The notes under the pieces were generated by a model that was not told the origin of the DNA, searched no databases, and worked only from the letters and a program-made list of their open reading frames with translations. Positions 18,750-34,014 of a DNA stretch of 64,000 nucleotides are shown piece by piece. Position 1 is the stretch's first letter, and each line of letters opens with the position of its first letter. The stretch comes from Octopus vulgaris (Eukaryota), in contig OX597840.1 of the NCBI GenBank assembly GCA_951406725.2, forward strand, positions 15,748,001-15,812,000, in the 5' to 3' direction. Position numbers and translations under genes: made by a program.

Positions 18750-19674
18750 GCTGTGCTCTGAGTTAAAATTCCAGCAAGGTTGACTTTGCCTTTCACCCTT
18801 TTGCGGTCGATAAATCAAGTACCAGTCCCCATCTCCTAAATTTCAGGCCTTGTGCCTTTAGTAGAAAGGATTATTATTACTATTGTCTATTTCTATGTTC
18901 TGAGTTCAAATTCCATTGAGGTCGACTTTGCTTTTCATCCTTTCAGGGTTGATGAAATAAGAACCACTTACGTACTGGAGTTGATGTAACTGACTAGGCC
19001 CCTCCCCCAAAATTTCAGGCCTTGTGCCTATAGTAGAAAGGATCATTATTATTATTTAAAGTGATGAGCTGGCAGGGAAAATGCTTAGCAGCATTTCAAC
19101 CAACTTTATGTTCTGAGTTCAAATGCCATCGATATCGAGTTGAGCACTGGGATCAATGTTATCAACTTACCCCTTCTCCCAGAATTGCTGGCGTTGCACC
19201 AAAATTTGAAATCATTATTCTTATTATTAAGGTGATGAGCTAGTAGAATCATTAATGTACTGGAAAAATTACTCAGCAGTATGTCTTCCAACTCACTATG
19301 TTACAATTTCCACCAGGGTCAACTTTGCCCTTCATCCATTTGGGGGTAGATAAAATAAGTACCACTTGAAAACTGGGGTGGATGTAATTTAACCCCTACC
19401 CCAAACTTGCTGGCCTTGTGCCAAAATTGGAAACCATTATTATCATTATTATTATTAAGGCAGCGAGCTGGCAGATTTTTTAGCATACCAGGCAAAATGC
19501 TTAATGGAAATTCATCTATCCTTCGTTCTGAGTTCAAATTCCACCAAAGTTGACTTTGCCTTTCATCCTTTTAGGATCAATAAATTAAGTACCAGTGAAA
19601 CACTGGGGTTGACGTAATCGACTAGTCCCCTCCACCAAAAATTTCAGGCCTTATGCCTTTAGTAGAAAGGATTA
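18750..19674 (+). mobile_element. Head-to-tail cluster of about 5 Meta-domain-like tRNA SINEs
   Basis: Repeated gagttcaaattcc...gtcgactttgcctttcatcctt...taagtaccag units separated by (ATT)n. Confidence 0.85.
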
Positions 19675-19678
19675 TTAA

Positions 19679-19899
19679 CCCTTTTGTTACCAAATTTTGT
19701 GAGATGCTCCGTGTTTCCTTCAATTAATTTTAAATATAACAAAGAATTTAGTAAAATAATTTAATTATCATTAAGCTAGTGTTAGGAAGATAAATTATGA
19801 CTAAAGTTTTGGTGGAAGATTTTAATTCAGAACTTTTGAAAACAACACGTTTGTACTACAGAGCAAGAGGCAGTTTTAGCTGGGTTGGTATGACAAGGG
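19679..19899. mobile_element. piggyBac-like MITE (intact copy)
   Basis: TTAA on both sides with CCCTT/AAGGG termini. Confidence 0.85.
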
Positions 19900-20324
19900 T
19901 TAAACTGGTGAGCTAGTAAGGTCTTTAACATGCTAGGGAAAAAATGCTTAGCTGTATTTTTTCTAACTTACTACACTCTGAGTTCAAATTCCGACCAAGG
20001 TCAACTTTGCCTTTCCTCATTTCTGGATTGATAAATAAGTACCAGTTGGTAGGGTTCATGGAATTGATTAACACACACACCCCCACACACACACCAAATT
20101 ATGAGGCCATGAGTCTTTAGTAAAAAAAAATTACCATCATCCTCTCTAATTTAGTCACAAAGCCTCCATATTTATCTTTAGGCGGGGGTGTTGATATTAT
20201 CATTCAGGGTGCTTGACTGATATTTTATCATGAGGATAGGAGTGACAAGCAAATCAACTTGACATAGAGGACACAGCCTATACTTTATTATAGCACCTCA
20301 CACCTACATATGCAAAATATACAT

Positions 20325-21258
<934 letters not shown>

Positions 21259-21259
21259 T

Positions 21260-21881
21260 CATCATCATCATCATCGTTTAACGTCCGTTCTCCATGCTAG
21301 CATGGGTTGGACGGTTCGACCGGGGATCTGGGAAGCCAGAAGGCTGCACCAGGCTCCAGTCTTATCTGGCAGTGTTTCTACAGCTGGATGCCCTTCCTAA
21401 CGCCAACCACTCCGTGAGTGTAGTGGGTGCTTTTTACGTGCCACCTGCACAGGTGCCAGGCGAGGCTGGCAACGGCCACGGTCGGATTGGTGTATTTTAT
21501 GTGCCACCGGCACGGAAGCCAGACGAGGCGGTGCTGGCATCGGCCACGAGTCGGATGGTGCTTTTTACGTACCACCAAACCAGGGATCCTGGCTGGTTCA
21601 ATTTGATTTCGATTTCGCTTGCCCCAACATGTCTTCGCAAGCAAGGGGGTTGGCATGGGTGCCTGTTGTACGGTCAGATTGGTGTATTTTACGTGCCAGT
21701 GGAGGCGGCGCTGGCATCGGCCACGAGTCGGATAGTGCTTTTTACGTACCACCAGACCAGGGAACCTGGCTGGCTCAATTCGATTTCGCTTGCCCCAACA
21801 TGTCTTCGCAAGCAAGGGAGTTGGCATGGGTGCCTGTCGTACAGTCAGATTGGTGTATTTTACGTGCCACCGGCACGGGGT
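21260..21881 (-). mobile_element. RTE 3' UTR fragment with internal tandem duplication
   Basis: Matches the 3' UTR of the 10449 element; (GAT)n tail. Confidence 0.85.
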
Positions 21882-22038
21882 CATACATACATATATATAC
21901 ATGTACATATATATATATATATACACATCTTTACATATATATATATACATATATATATATACATATATATACATATATATATATATACATATATATATAT
22001 ACATATATACATATATATACATATATATATATAAATAC

Positions 22039-22073
<35 letters not shown>

Positions 22074-22158
22074 TATATACATACATATATATATACATAC
22101 ATACATATATATATATGTATACATACATATATACATATATATATATATACATATATAC

Positions 22159-22192
<34 letters not shown>

Positions 22193-22244
22193 ACATACAT
22201 ATCTATATACATACATACATATATATATACATACATATATATAC

Positions 22245-22337
<93 letters not shown>

Positions 22338-22362
22338 CATACATATATACATACATATATAC

Positions 22363-22401
<39 letters not shown>

Positions 22402-22536
22402 CATATATACATACATATATACATACATATATACTTACATATATACTTACATATATACATACATATCTATATACATACATACATATATATATACATACAT
22501 ATACATACATATATATATATATACATATACATACAG
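21882..22536. repeat. Compound (TA)/(TACA) microsatellite
   Basis: Seen directly. Confidence 0.98.
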
Positions 22537-22537
22537 G

Positions 22538-24430
22538 TATGCCAAAGAAACAGCTTCGGTGCACTGTAGCATAGGGCCACTCCTTGAAAAGGATGGCAAA
22601 CTCACAGTAAATCCAATGAGGGTAAGTGAAATACTAAATGAGCAATTCAAGAATATTTTCACTCCACCCCTAGGGCATTTTCAAGTCAGCAATCAAACTG
22701 ACTTCTTTACCACTGCAGATATAAAATCAGAGGCAGCGATAATTGATTACATCAATATAAAGGAAGACGATGTAATAAAGGCTATAGATGAAATGAAAAC
22801 AAACTCAGCTACTGGGCCCCGATGGATTCCCAGCAATCCTTCTAAAAGTATGTAAGAGAGTCCTAGCAAGACCACTGCAGTTCCTCTTTTAAGAGCTTCC
22901 TTGCAACTGGCAAACTTCCAAGAAAACTGAAGGAAGGTAAAATATGCCCTATTCATAAAGGAGGTAGCAGAGCAGAGGCCAAGAACTACAGATCTATCTC
23001 TCTGACCTAACACATCAGCAAAGTCATAGAACAAATAGTCAGAAGGAAACTAATCACCTTCCTTGAAGAAAATGATTTGCTGCCTGACACCCAACATGGT
23101 TTCTAACCAGGAAGAAGCTGCCTAACTCATCTCCTACAACACTATGACTGGGTGCTGAAATGACTGCTCAACCACTCAAATGTGGAAGTCATATATCTCG
23201 ACTTTGCAAAGGCCTTTGATAAAGTCGATCATGGAATGATATATCACAAACTGCGTGTTCTTGGCATAGTTGGAAAATTGGGAGAATGGCTTCATGACTT
23301 TCTGAAGGATAGAAGTCAGGTGGTAGTAGCCATTAACACGCAAATAGTGAGCGGCGTTCCGCAGGGCACTGTTTTGGGACCACTACTGTTCATAATGGCC
23401 CTCTCAGACATGCCCTCACCACGCAGAGAGCCATGCACAAGTTATGCAGATGATACAAAAGTTTCACAGGCAATACAGAACCCTGAAGACACTATGCACC
23501 TGTAATGTGAGCTGGACAAAATATACAAGTGGACTGAAAAGTATAGCATGCAGTTCAATGCTGAAAAGTTTCAAGCTCTATACTATCAGCATGCAAAACT
23601 AAACGTAATACCCAATAAATACACTGGACCTGGAGTGATTGCAATCCGAGAGGCACAATCAGTGCGAGACCTGGGTATTTACATGAGTGATGATGCAACC
23701 TTTCGTGTGCATGTTGCTAAATTGGCAATGAAATGTAGGCAGCTGACCAGATGGATTCTTAGAACCTTTAGAACAAGAGACCAGGAAACCATGATGGTCC
23801 TCTGGAGGACACTTGTCCTAAGCCACTTTGACTATTGCTCTCAGCTATGGTCACCATCCAGTGTCAAGTTAATCACAGAACTTGAGGCGATCCAACAAAG
23901 CTACACGAAGAAGATAGCCTCTGTGCAGCATATAAGCTACTGGGAAAGACTCAAGAGATTAAGACTCTATTCCTTAGAGTGTAGGCGAGAAAGATATGCA
24001 ATAATATACATCTGGAAGATCCTGGAAGGACTTGTCCCAAACTTTGGCATCGAGAGTCACACAAATGCCAGAACTGGGCGCCACTGCATAGTGCCAAGGA
24101 CTCCAAATTTGCCATCAAGATGTAGGACAAGATACTGTGATAGCCTGGGCTTCAGAGGCCCACAGCTCTTCAATATCCTCCCGAAGAACCTGAGAGACCT
24201 GCATGGGGTGGATGCAGATGTCTTTAAAATAAAACTGGATCTCTTCCTGTCAGGTGTCCCGGATGAACCAACTTCACGGCAGGAGGTGCAGATAAGGGCA
24301 GCTGCATCGAACTCTCTCATGCACCAAATGGCAATTGCTAAAAAGCATTCGTGAAGTAAAATCATGTAGCAACACCAAATAGCGGTGCCCCAGCATGGCC
24401 ACAGCTCGTGAGCTGAAACTAGATAAAATA
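22538..24430 (+). mobile_element. 5'-truncated CR1-like LINE (RT plus C-terminus)
   Basis: YLDFAKAFDKVD, SGVPQGTVLGPLLF, YADDTK and RERYAIIYIWKILEGLVPN motifs; stops and frameshifts; 3' end gcggtgccccagcatggccacagc. Confidence 0.95.
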
Positions 24431-24520
24431 ATAAATAATAAATAATAATACATATATATATATACATACATACATATATATACATACATACATATATATA
24501 TGTATATATATATATATATA

Positions 24521-24930
24521 GGCGCAGGAGTGGCTGTGTGGTAAGTAGCTTGCTAACCAACCACATGGTTCCGGGTTCAGTCCCACTGCGTGGCATCTTG
24601 GGCAAGTGTTTTCTGCTATAGCCCCGGGCCGACCAATGCCTTGTGAGTGGATTTGGTAGACGGAAACTGAAAGAAGCCTGTCGTATATATGTATATATAT
24701 ATAAGTGTGTGTGTATATGTTTGTGTGTCTGTGTTTGTCCCCCTAGCATTGCTTGACAACCGATGCTGGTGTGTTTACGTCCCCGTCACTTAGCGGTTCG
24801 GCAAAAGAGACCGATAGTATAAGTACTGGGCTTACAAAGAATAAGTCCCGGGGTCGATTTGCTCGACTAAAGGCGGTGCTCCAGCATGGCCGCAGTCAAA
24901 TGACTGAAACAAGTAAAAGAGTAAAAGAGT
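24521..24930 (+). mobile_element. tRNA-derived CORE-type SINE with CR1-derived tail (full-length, young)
   Basis: A-box tggctgtgtgg, B-box ggttcagtccc, cttgggcaagt CORE-like block, internal TA/TG tract, tail gcggtgctccagcatggccgcagtcaaatgactgaaac. Older copies near 859-1250, 1381-1750, 8130-8460 and 46205-46683. Confidence 0.92.
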
Positions 24931-24999
24931 AATATACACATATGTATATACATATATATATATATGCATGTATATATATACATACATGCATATATATAC

Positions 25000-25056
<57 letters not shown>

Positions 25057-25067
25057 CATACATATAC

Positions 25068-25114
<47 letters not shown>

Positions 25115-25372
25115 TATAGATATACATATATGTGTATGTCTGTATGTATGTTAGTTTTATTTGTAAGTTTAAAATATGGTACAAGTACTTTACTTATCAA
25201 AATATCTCTCTAAAATCCAAATCTACCCACTACCATCAACAAAATACAGTAACTAAAAAGAAACACTACCTCTCCTTTCGTCGTCATCATCATCATCATC
25301 ATACTTGTCACCACCATCATCAAACCATAATCACTTCTAGGGAAGGAATTGAAAGCCAAAAGAAAACCACAG

Positions 25373-25428
<56 letters not shown>

Positions 25429-25917
25429 CACACACACACACAATGTGACTATATATATACGAGTGTATACGCATAAACATTTGAGTATTTATATATCCAT
25501 ATGACTATAAAGACATACATGTGTGTGAGAGTGTGTGTGTGTGTGTGTGTGTATGTGTATATATATATATATATATAATTTAAATAAAACACAGACAAGA
25601 ATTTTATATTTGAAGCACTAAAAAAAATTGAAACAGACAAAATCCCTAAAAAGGGTTGTTTTTTCTGTTATATTTGCAGCTTTTTCCTTAAACTATGTCT
25701 GTTGTTGTAGTTCTTGGGATTTTTGCTATATTTTTGGATTATTCAATTGTTTTGTTGTTGTTGTCTTACTTTTCAGTAGTTTGTTTTGGAATCTTTCTGT
25801 CTTGCTAAATTAATAAACAATTGATTTGGAAAAATATTTCTCCCTAATGAAAACATGTTCATTTTCCTAAATGAGGATGATTATTATTATTATTATCAAT
25901 AATAAAAGAATTAATTA

Positions 25918-25971
<54 letters not shown>

Positions 25972-25975
<4 letters not shown>

Positions 25976-26652
25976 GCCAGTGAGCTGGCAGAATCGTTAG
26001 CATGCTAGGTGAAATGCTTAGTATTTCAACCATCGCTACATTCTGTGTTCAAATTCTGCCAAGGTCGACTTTGCCTTTCATCCTCTCGGGGTTGATGAAT
26101 TAAGTACCAGCGAAACACTGGGGTCAATGTAATCAACTTGTCACCTTCCCCAAAATTTCAGGCCTTGTGTCTTTAGTAGAAAAGATTCTTATTATTATTA
26201 ATATTAAGGCAGTGAGCTGGCAGGATTGTTAGCATGCCGTGCAAAATGCTTTATAGCATTTCGTCTGTCTTTATGTTCTGAGTTCAAATTCTGCCAAAGT
26301 CAACTTTGCCTTTCATCCTTCCAGGGCTGATAAAATAATAACCAGTTGAACACTGGGGTCGATGTAATCAACTCGTCCACCTCCCCAAAAACTGCTGCCC
26401 TTGTGGAAAAATTTGAAACTATTATTATTATTATTATTAAGGCAGTAAGCTGGCAGAATTGTTAGCATGCTAGACAAAATGCTTAGCAGTATTTTGCCCA
26501 TCACTATGTTCTAAGTTCAAATTCCACCAAGGTCGACTTTACCTTTCATCCTTTTGGGGTTGATAAATTAAGTACCAGCAAAACACTGGGGGTCGATGTA
26601 ACTGACTCATCCCCTCCCCCAAAATTGCTGCCCTTGTGGCAAAATTTGAAAC

Positions 26653-26739
<87 letters not shown>

Positions 26740-26740
26740 C
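25972..26740 (+). mobile_element. Head-to-tail trimer of Meta-domain-like SINEs between (ATT)n tracts
   Basis: Three full units beginning aaggcagtgagctggcag-like, each followed by (ATT)n. Confidence 0.88.
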
Positions 26741-27154
26741 ATGTTTAACCCCTGATCAACCTTGAGTAACACTATGATTCAAAGCCTTCCAGCCATGACC
26801 ACCTCATCTTTCAGTCAGCATCATGTATCTAAATGAAGACACATGGCCTAAAGGTTAGAGTGTTGTGCTCTCAATTGTTAGATCATGGGGTTTTGTTATA
26901 TTATGCGTTCAACTCCCAGTTGAGGCAGTGCACTGTATCCTTGAGCAAGGCATTTCATTTCACATTGCTCCAGTCTACCTAGCTGAAAATGTGTACCAGC
27001 CACAGTTTGGGGTAGGATTTAACCCTGCAGCAAACTGGCATCCAATCCAAAAGGGATTTTTGTATCCTCAGTCACTTGAACACCTTGGAGACCCATATTT
27101 GCTCCAGACTCACGAGGCTGAAGGCTATTATACAGGTAAATCATATTTGTAACA

Positions 27155-27302
27155 CAGGCATGGGCAACATTTTTTTTCAAGAAGTGGACCATATGAGACA
27201 TGGCTCTTCTGGCAGGCTACACTACTAAGAAAAGTTTCTAAGTAATTTTTTTATCAGCATGCCATTCCAAAAGTCCCATGGGCCACAGTTTGCTCATGTC
27301 TG
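27155..27302. mobile_element. hAT/Charlie-type MITE
   Basis: TIRs CAGGCATGGGCAA / TTGCTCATGTCTG; TSD ttgtaaca/atctaaca (6/8). Confidence 0.75.
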
Positions 27303-28368
27303 ATCTAACATTACGTTATTGAGTGTTGTCTTTAATCTCATGATGTCTTTTGCTTCTTTTTGAAGATGGTATGATGTGATTTAACTCTTTCATGATGAAA
27401 AATACACAACTTATGTGCTTCATTTAAATTTGAAAACAAATCAAGAACTTGGAGGGATTTACTAAAATTAACCACCAATATATTTTGTTCTCTTTTTCAA
27501 CATTAAATTGATGTTTGGAGTATAAGATAAAAGGTTCTGCATTAAAATTATGATTGCAAATAATTTAAATGTTTATTTGGCTGATTTAACATGAATTGTA
27601 CCATAGTGACAAGAGGTGGTCTTCAGTGGGTTGGTTTCAGAAGATTTAAGGAAAATTTAGTTGTTATTTCTAACAGAGTAGTTTACTATGTAGAGATTCC
27701 CTCATTGACTCAGCAGAATTGGTAGAGCTTCAGACAAAATACTAAAATACAACATAAGCTTGGGTTTTTTGAATTCCAGGGCAGGGTGAGGGATTAATAT
27801 AAAATGTAAGGAAGTACCAGTAATATACTGATTTAAATTAAATCACCTATACTTTCTCCCACACCTGCTATGGAAAAAGATTTACTAGCCTTGTATCTGG
27901 ATCTGAAACCATTATTGTTCTTATTCACAGATTAGTTCTAGAATTCACCGTAACACTCCATTATGACTGAATGAGTAAGACCACACACCCACACACTCAC
28001 ACTGCCTCCAACTAGCAATAAAGCTACGAAAATAAAATCTATGAGGAAAACAAAACCAATATATAGATCCAGCCATCCTGCAGATGATGTCATAACAAAC
28101 CCCTATTGGATATCATCTAAGACAGCAACCCCACAACCATTTTTGCAACGACCAGTTTCACGCAGGACAATTTTTCAAAAGGCCAAGGGATCATGCATAT
28201 AACAAAACACTAATTGATAATGTTATGCAACACCTAAATTATCATTATTGTTGATATATATATATATACACATATACATATACACACGTATACATATATA
28301 TACACATATACATACTGATACACATATATATATATACACATATATATATATTACACATATATATATAT

Positions 28369-28419
<51 letters not shown>

Positions 28420-28693
28420 TATATATATATACACACATATTTATATATATATATACACACATATATACATAAATTAATTAATTAATCAGTCAATTAATTA
28501 ATAATTTTACCAAGTAGATTGGTACATTAAATAAACTTTATAGGTAAAATTACGCAAATATTCTATAATTATAAACATAATTATAATTAGGGGTCAGTTA
28601 ATTGCTTCACCACATACTGAATTTAGAAATAGGAGTTTAAAATTCCTTTTCTACTACCATAAGAATCTCCCAGACAAATTTTATATTGGAAAT

Positions 28694-28753
28694 GCTACAC
28701 TGATGAGGTGAAGTAAGTAATTAACCACTGTAATCTCGAAATGCGTCTGTGGC
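28694..28753 (+). ncRNA. Minimal type-I hammerhead ribozyme, intact core
   Basis: Stem I GCUACA/UGUGGC, CUGAUGAG...CGAAA, stem III AUGCGU, GUC site; stem II degenerate. Confidence 0.75.
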
Positions 28754-29586
28754 TAATCGGAGTCGTGTTGATTCATTTTTTTTCTCTTTGCCTATGTAAA
28801 AAAGTGTGTTACTGTCTGGGAGATTCTTACGGTAGTAGAAAAGGAATTGTCCAGAAATCTTTCGTCACACATTTGTGACCTCCTCAGCAACACTTTCCGT
28901 TTTCATATGTGATCTTGCTCTGCTTATTCCATTCTCTCATGGAATAAGAGCACAAACAAACATGGAAAGTGTCGCTGAGGAGGTCACAGATGTGTGATGT
29001 AAGATTTCCAGGTGATGTACATCAGTTAGAATAAGGACTGTAATAAATGAGTGAAGAACGTATATATAGTAAATGTGCTTATTTGGCGAAAAAAAAATGA
29101 CCAACCCAAAATACAGCAACATATATATATATATATCATCATCGTTTATTGTCTGCTTTCTATGCTGGCATGGGTTGAACGGTTTGACTGAAAACTGGTA
29201 AGCCGGGAGCTGCACCAGGTTCCAATCTGATTTGGCAAAGTTTCTACAACCAGATGCCTTTCCTTATGCCAACCACTCCAAGAGTTTAGTGGGTGCTTTT
29301 AACGTGCCATGTATATATATATATATATATATACATATATACATGTATGTGTATATATGTATGTGTGTGTATATATATATGTGTGTGTGTATGTATGTGT
29401 GTGTAAATATATATGTAAGTATGTATATATATATGTATGTGTGTGTATATATATATATATGTGTGTATATAAACATATATATATATGTATATGTATATAT
29501 ATATATGTATGTATGTATATGTACATATATATATATGTATGTGTGTGCGTGTGTGTGTGTGTATATATATATACATACATATAAGC

Positions 29587-30235
29587 AGGTGAAGGCACAT
29601 GGCTTAGTGGTTAGGGTGTTGCACTCATGATTGTGAGACGGTGGTTTCAGTTCCCAGACCGGGCATTGCATTGTTTGCTTGAGCAAAGCACTTCATCCTC
29701 ATGTTGCTGTGCAATCATTTTGTCATCTGATATGTGGTACATTGTGCACCTGTGCAGGTAATGTTGATTTGATGGTGGAGGTGAGCTCATGTGAACACAA
29801 ACATTTGACCACTATAAACAAATCATTTGTGTGGCTGGTCAGCAAGAAATTTCAGAACTCTCATACACATACATACACATACATACACATGCATATATAT
29901 ATATATTACATAAATAATGCACACACATAGCTCAGTGGTTAGAGCATCAGGCTCACAATCTTGAGGTAGTGAATTCAATTCCTGAACTGGGCTGTGCGTT
30001 GTGTTCTTGAGCTCAAGTTCACTTAGCTGTAGAAATTAGTTGTGACATCATTGTTACCAAGCTGTTTCAGCCTTTTCTTTTCCCTTGGATAACATCGATG
30101 ATGTGGAGAGGAGGGAGGTTGGTATGCATGGGCAACTGCTGGTCTTCCATAAAACAAACCCAGACTTGTGCTTGAGAGGGGAACTTTCTAGGTGCAATTC
30201 ATGGCCATGTGTAACCAAAACTGGGTTTTTACCCT
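29587..30235 (+). mobile_element. Two adjacent tRNA/CORE-like SINEs with different tails
   Basis: Heads ggcttagtggttagggtg and gctcagtggttagagc plus a ttgagcaa-like block; related heads near 9058, 16933 and 26833. Confidence 0.7.
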
Positions 30236-32039
30236 GTTACAATATGTACACATATCATGGCACAAGGCCAGCAGTCTCAGACGAGGAGCCAGTTGATTAC
30301 ATCAACCCCAGTGCTTACCTGGTGTTTATTTCATCAGCCCTGAAAGAATGAAATGCAAAATCAACCTCTGCAGAATTTGAACTCAGATCACAGACTAAAT
30401 GCCACAAAGCATTCTGCCCAGCATGCTAATCATTCTGCCAGCTCACCACCTGATATATATAAAATGTAGATGCAAAATTGCATAAATACTCTGCAGACTG
30501 TGGCAGTCGATAAAATGGAAATACAATTCAAAACTTCAATTCTTCCTACACAGAAGACTCTTGCTATATGACTCAGGCTATAAGACTCTTACTATAAGAA
30601 TCATGTCATGCTATACATGGACAAAGGATTCATGAACAAAGTCAAAGGTCATTGACTAATCAGGTTCTTTAAAACAGAGCTACCAACATATTTTTGTTTT
30701 TTTGCTATCTGGATGGATTGGCATGGGTGGAGTTGTCTGAAATTATAAAATTTGGGAATTGAAAATGTGACTTTCAGTATTTTAAAGATAGTGGGGTGTA
30801 AGCATGGTGATATGGTTCAGACATTTGCTACACAACCCCAAAATATTCCAGTTTAATTCCAATATGTGCTACTTTGGAACCTCTTCTGCTACAACCTCAA
30901 ACTGACAGATGTCTTATGATGGGAATTTAGTGGATGGAGCCTGAATGGAAGCCCATAGCATTGGGGGGGGGTATAGGAAGAGGCAGGAATGGCTGAGTGG
31001 TTAAAATGATTGTCCCCCCCCCCCCCAACCACATGGTTTTAAGTTCAGTTCCACTGCATGGCACCTTGAGAAATTGTCATCCAAGATAGCCATAGGTCAA
31101 ACAAAGTCCATTGGGGAGATTGAGATATCAAAACTGAAAGAAAAAGCCCTTTGTGCACATAGAATGAGACCTGCAGGATCTAGTCATGAAAGTATAACGG
31201 TCTGCTCCTGACCCAGTTATTGTTTTGAGAGTTTACTAAAGCAGATTTTCTATGGCTGAATACATTTCCTGTCATCAACCCACACCTTTTCCAAATAAGG
31301 TAAATATTGCTCCATGATCAGACATGTTTTTCGCAGAAGATTGGAAATGAATGACACTGCTTGTATAACAGTGGCACTCATTTACAACTATCATACAATA
31401 TCAAGACAAGGAGACACAAACACACCTACACACAAATACACACACGGTGGGGCTTCTGCTACTTTCCATCTATCAAAGCCACTCACAATGATTTAGTTGG
31501 CCCAGATCTATAGAAGACGACAGTTACCCAAGGTGCCACACTGAGATTGAACCAGATATCATATGGTTATGAAGTAAACTCCCCAACTATACAATTAAAG
31601 CCATATGTTCATACACAAATGGTGGGTAACTAGGCATACATGGGCTTTACAAGGCACGTCTTAATGTGTATAAACAAGGAAAATATATCTATATGTATGT
31701 GTGAATAATGTTCCTACACACACACACACACACATAGATATACATATATGTATAAATGTATGTATGCATGTATATATGTATATATAACAATTAATAAGAA
31801 GAATGACCACTAAAGTGGATTCCTAATATGCTAAAGATAGTTGTCAAATCGCCTTACCACAAAGAGTGTGTTCTCAAGAAATCCACTTTAATGGTCATTC
31901 TTCTTATTAATTGTAATATAATTCTTAAATCTTTGGATTTTTTAAAATTTGCTAGACCATTGGTTTAAATTGATGTTAATTGATTGATATCAATTTCTAC
32001 CCTCATTATTTAATTTCTCTCTCTCTCTCTCCCTCTCTC

Positions 32040-32082
<43 letters not shown>

Positions 32083-32110
32083 CTAAGAAATTAATTATAT
32101 AGCTGCTCAT

Positions 32111-32172
32111 AGAGTGACCAATGGTTTCACATCCCTAAAGCGCTTAGTCTTATAGACGGCTTGTCAGACTCC
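32111..32172 (-). ncRNA. Hammerhead motif, same family as 49459, with G8A change
   Basis: ggagu-CUGACAA-...-GAAA-CCAUUGG-UC-ACUCU; CUGACAA is consistent with CpG decay of CUGACGA. Confidence 0.7.
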
Positions 32173-32242
32173 AATGGCCACAGACATATAACCTCTTTTC
32201 AAAACGGTCTGTTAATTTTGTAAACAAAAATACATATTGTCT

Positions 32243-32287
<45 letters not shown>

Positions 32288-33679
32288 ATAAATACAATCC
32301 AGGGATCCAAGTGTAAAATATTCAAGCAGTAGGTGGCCAGTATAGCAAACAAATATTGAACAGTATAAGATACAATAACAATTTATTAGCATCAAGAGTT
32401 ATACACTTTTCCCCATATCAAAGTTGCAAATATATTCAATAAGCTGATCATTTCTATACAGCTCACTGTTAGCAACCAATGTTGCTAAAATTCTAAATTG
32501 AGTGAGTGAAACAGGTAAAGTGTAATCTACATATGTTTCTTAACTAGCTTTCACTGATTATGCAAGTATTACGTAATGAATTCTTCTCAGCATAGCTAAT
32601 CATCAAGCAACAATTACTTTAAAATTTTCATTGGTTCTCCAAACTTACTTTATTTTTTATTTTTTTTTTACTGTTGACTTTTCTTTTCAATTAGATTCAT
32701 TATTGTGTTGTGGCCGATTTAAGAATTCCGTACAGCATATAAACTTCATTAAGGTAATCACAATCTGATGACTAGCTATGCTGAGAAGTGTTCATTGCAA
32801 ATCATTTGTGCAATGAATGATAGCTAGTTATGAAACATATGCATCCAACGTTTCACCTGTTCTACTCCCTGCACAGGTGTATATATATATATATATATAA
32901 TCTTCCTACATATAGGAGGATGAATGACCAAAATTGAATGGTGGGTAAAATAATAGTATTTAGTTCTGAAACTCTACATTCTAAGATCAAATTCTGCTAG
33001 ATTCAGTAAAACTGTTCAGGGTTAATAAAGTATAGGCTAGATACCTTGTATATACATCCCAACATATTTTGGCCTTGTGTCTGTCAATGTAATAAAGACA
33101 CATATAGTTGTGGCTATGTGTGTGTAGACATAGATAAATATGCTTATAAACACCACACACTGGTGTGTGGAAGTGTATAGGGTGTATTTTGTCAAATCTA
33201 TTTTCCAATTCGTTTGACATGGCAGGAGTTGACTTTATGACTCACAGCAAGACTACCTCTGACAATAAACTCCCCCACATCAGTTTGTGTATGTATGTGT
33301 ATATATACATATATATTTGTATGTGTCAGTGTGTGTATAAGCACATATGCAACTAAACTTACACAGACTGAGGAATACATGTATCTCCACGCACTTATAT
33401 AAGCAGATGAATGGAAGGATGAAAATGTACATATACATGATGAAAATATGTGTATAAATACATGGGTTAATTGATTGACTGTTGTATATATATACATAAA
33501 TGATTTTTTTTATAGTACCCAAGAAATAGAAACAGTTACTTAAGTTTCATGTACATGCCTATCAATTGTAATAACCTACATGAAACTGAAATATCTGTTG
33601 CTTCTATATCCTGAGTGCTGTATAAAGACCACTTCTAACTCTTACGAATCAAGTTCTTTTTACTTGTTGAAAATTGCAT

Positions 33680-33723
<44 letters not shown>

Positions 33724-34014
33724 TAGATATGTGAATATCCATGTTGTCTTTGTTAATATTTCTGACTTTCAGCAGTTGTAGTTCCCTCCCTTTAAAATGG
33801 TTTTCTTACATTCATTCCTTCCTTGTAGAAGATAGACCAAGTTAGTAGGTCGTAGATTGTTTGAATAGGTAGATAGATAAATAGTGAGGGAGGGAGGTAT
33901 GTAGACAGTTGACCATATTATATATCGCAGACTGGTGCAACTCTGAAAGCAACAAACAACAGACTTTATTGGTTTAAACTTTTTACCATTCCCAACATTG
34001 ATGGTGTTAATATA

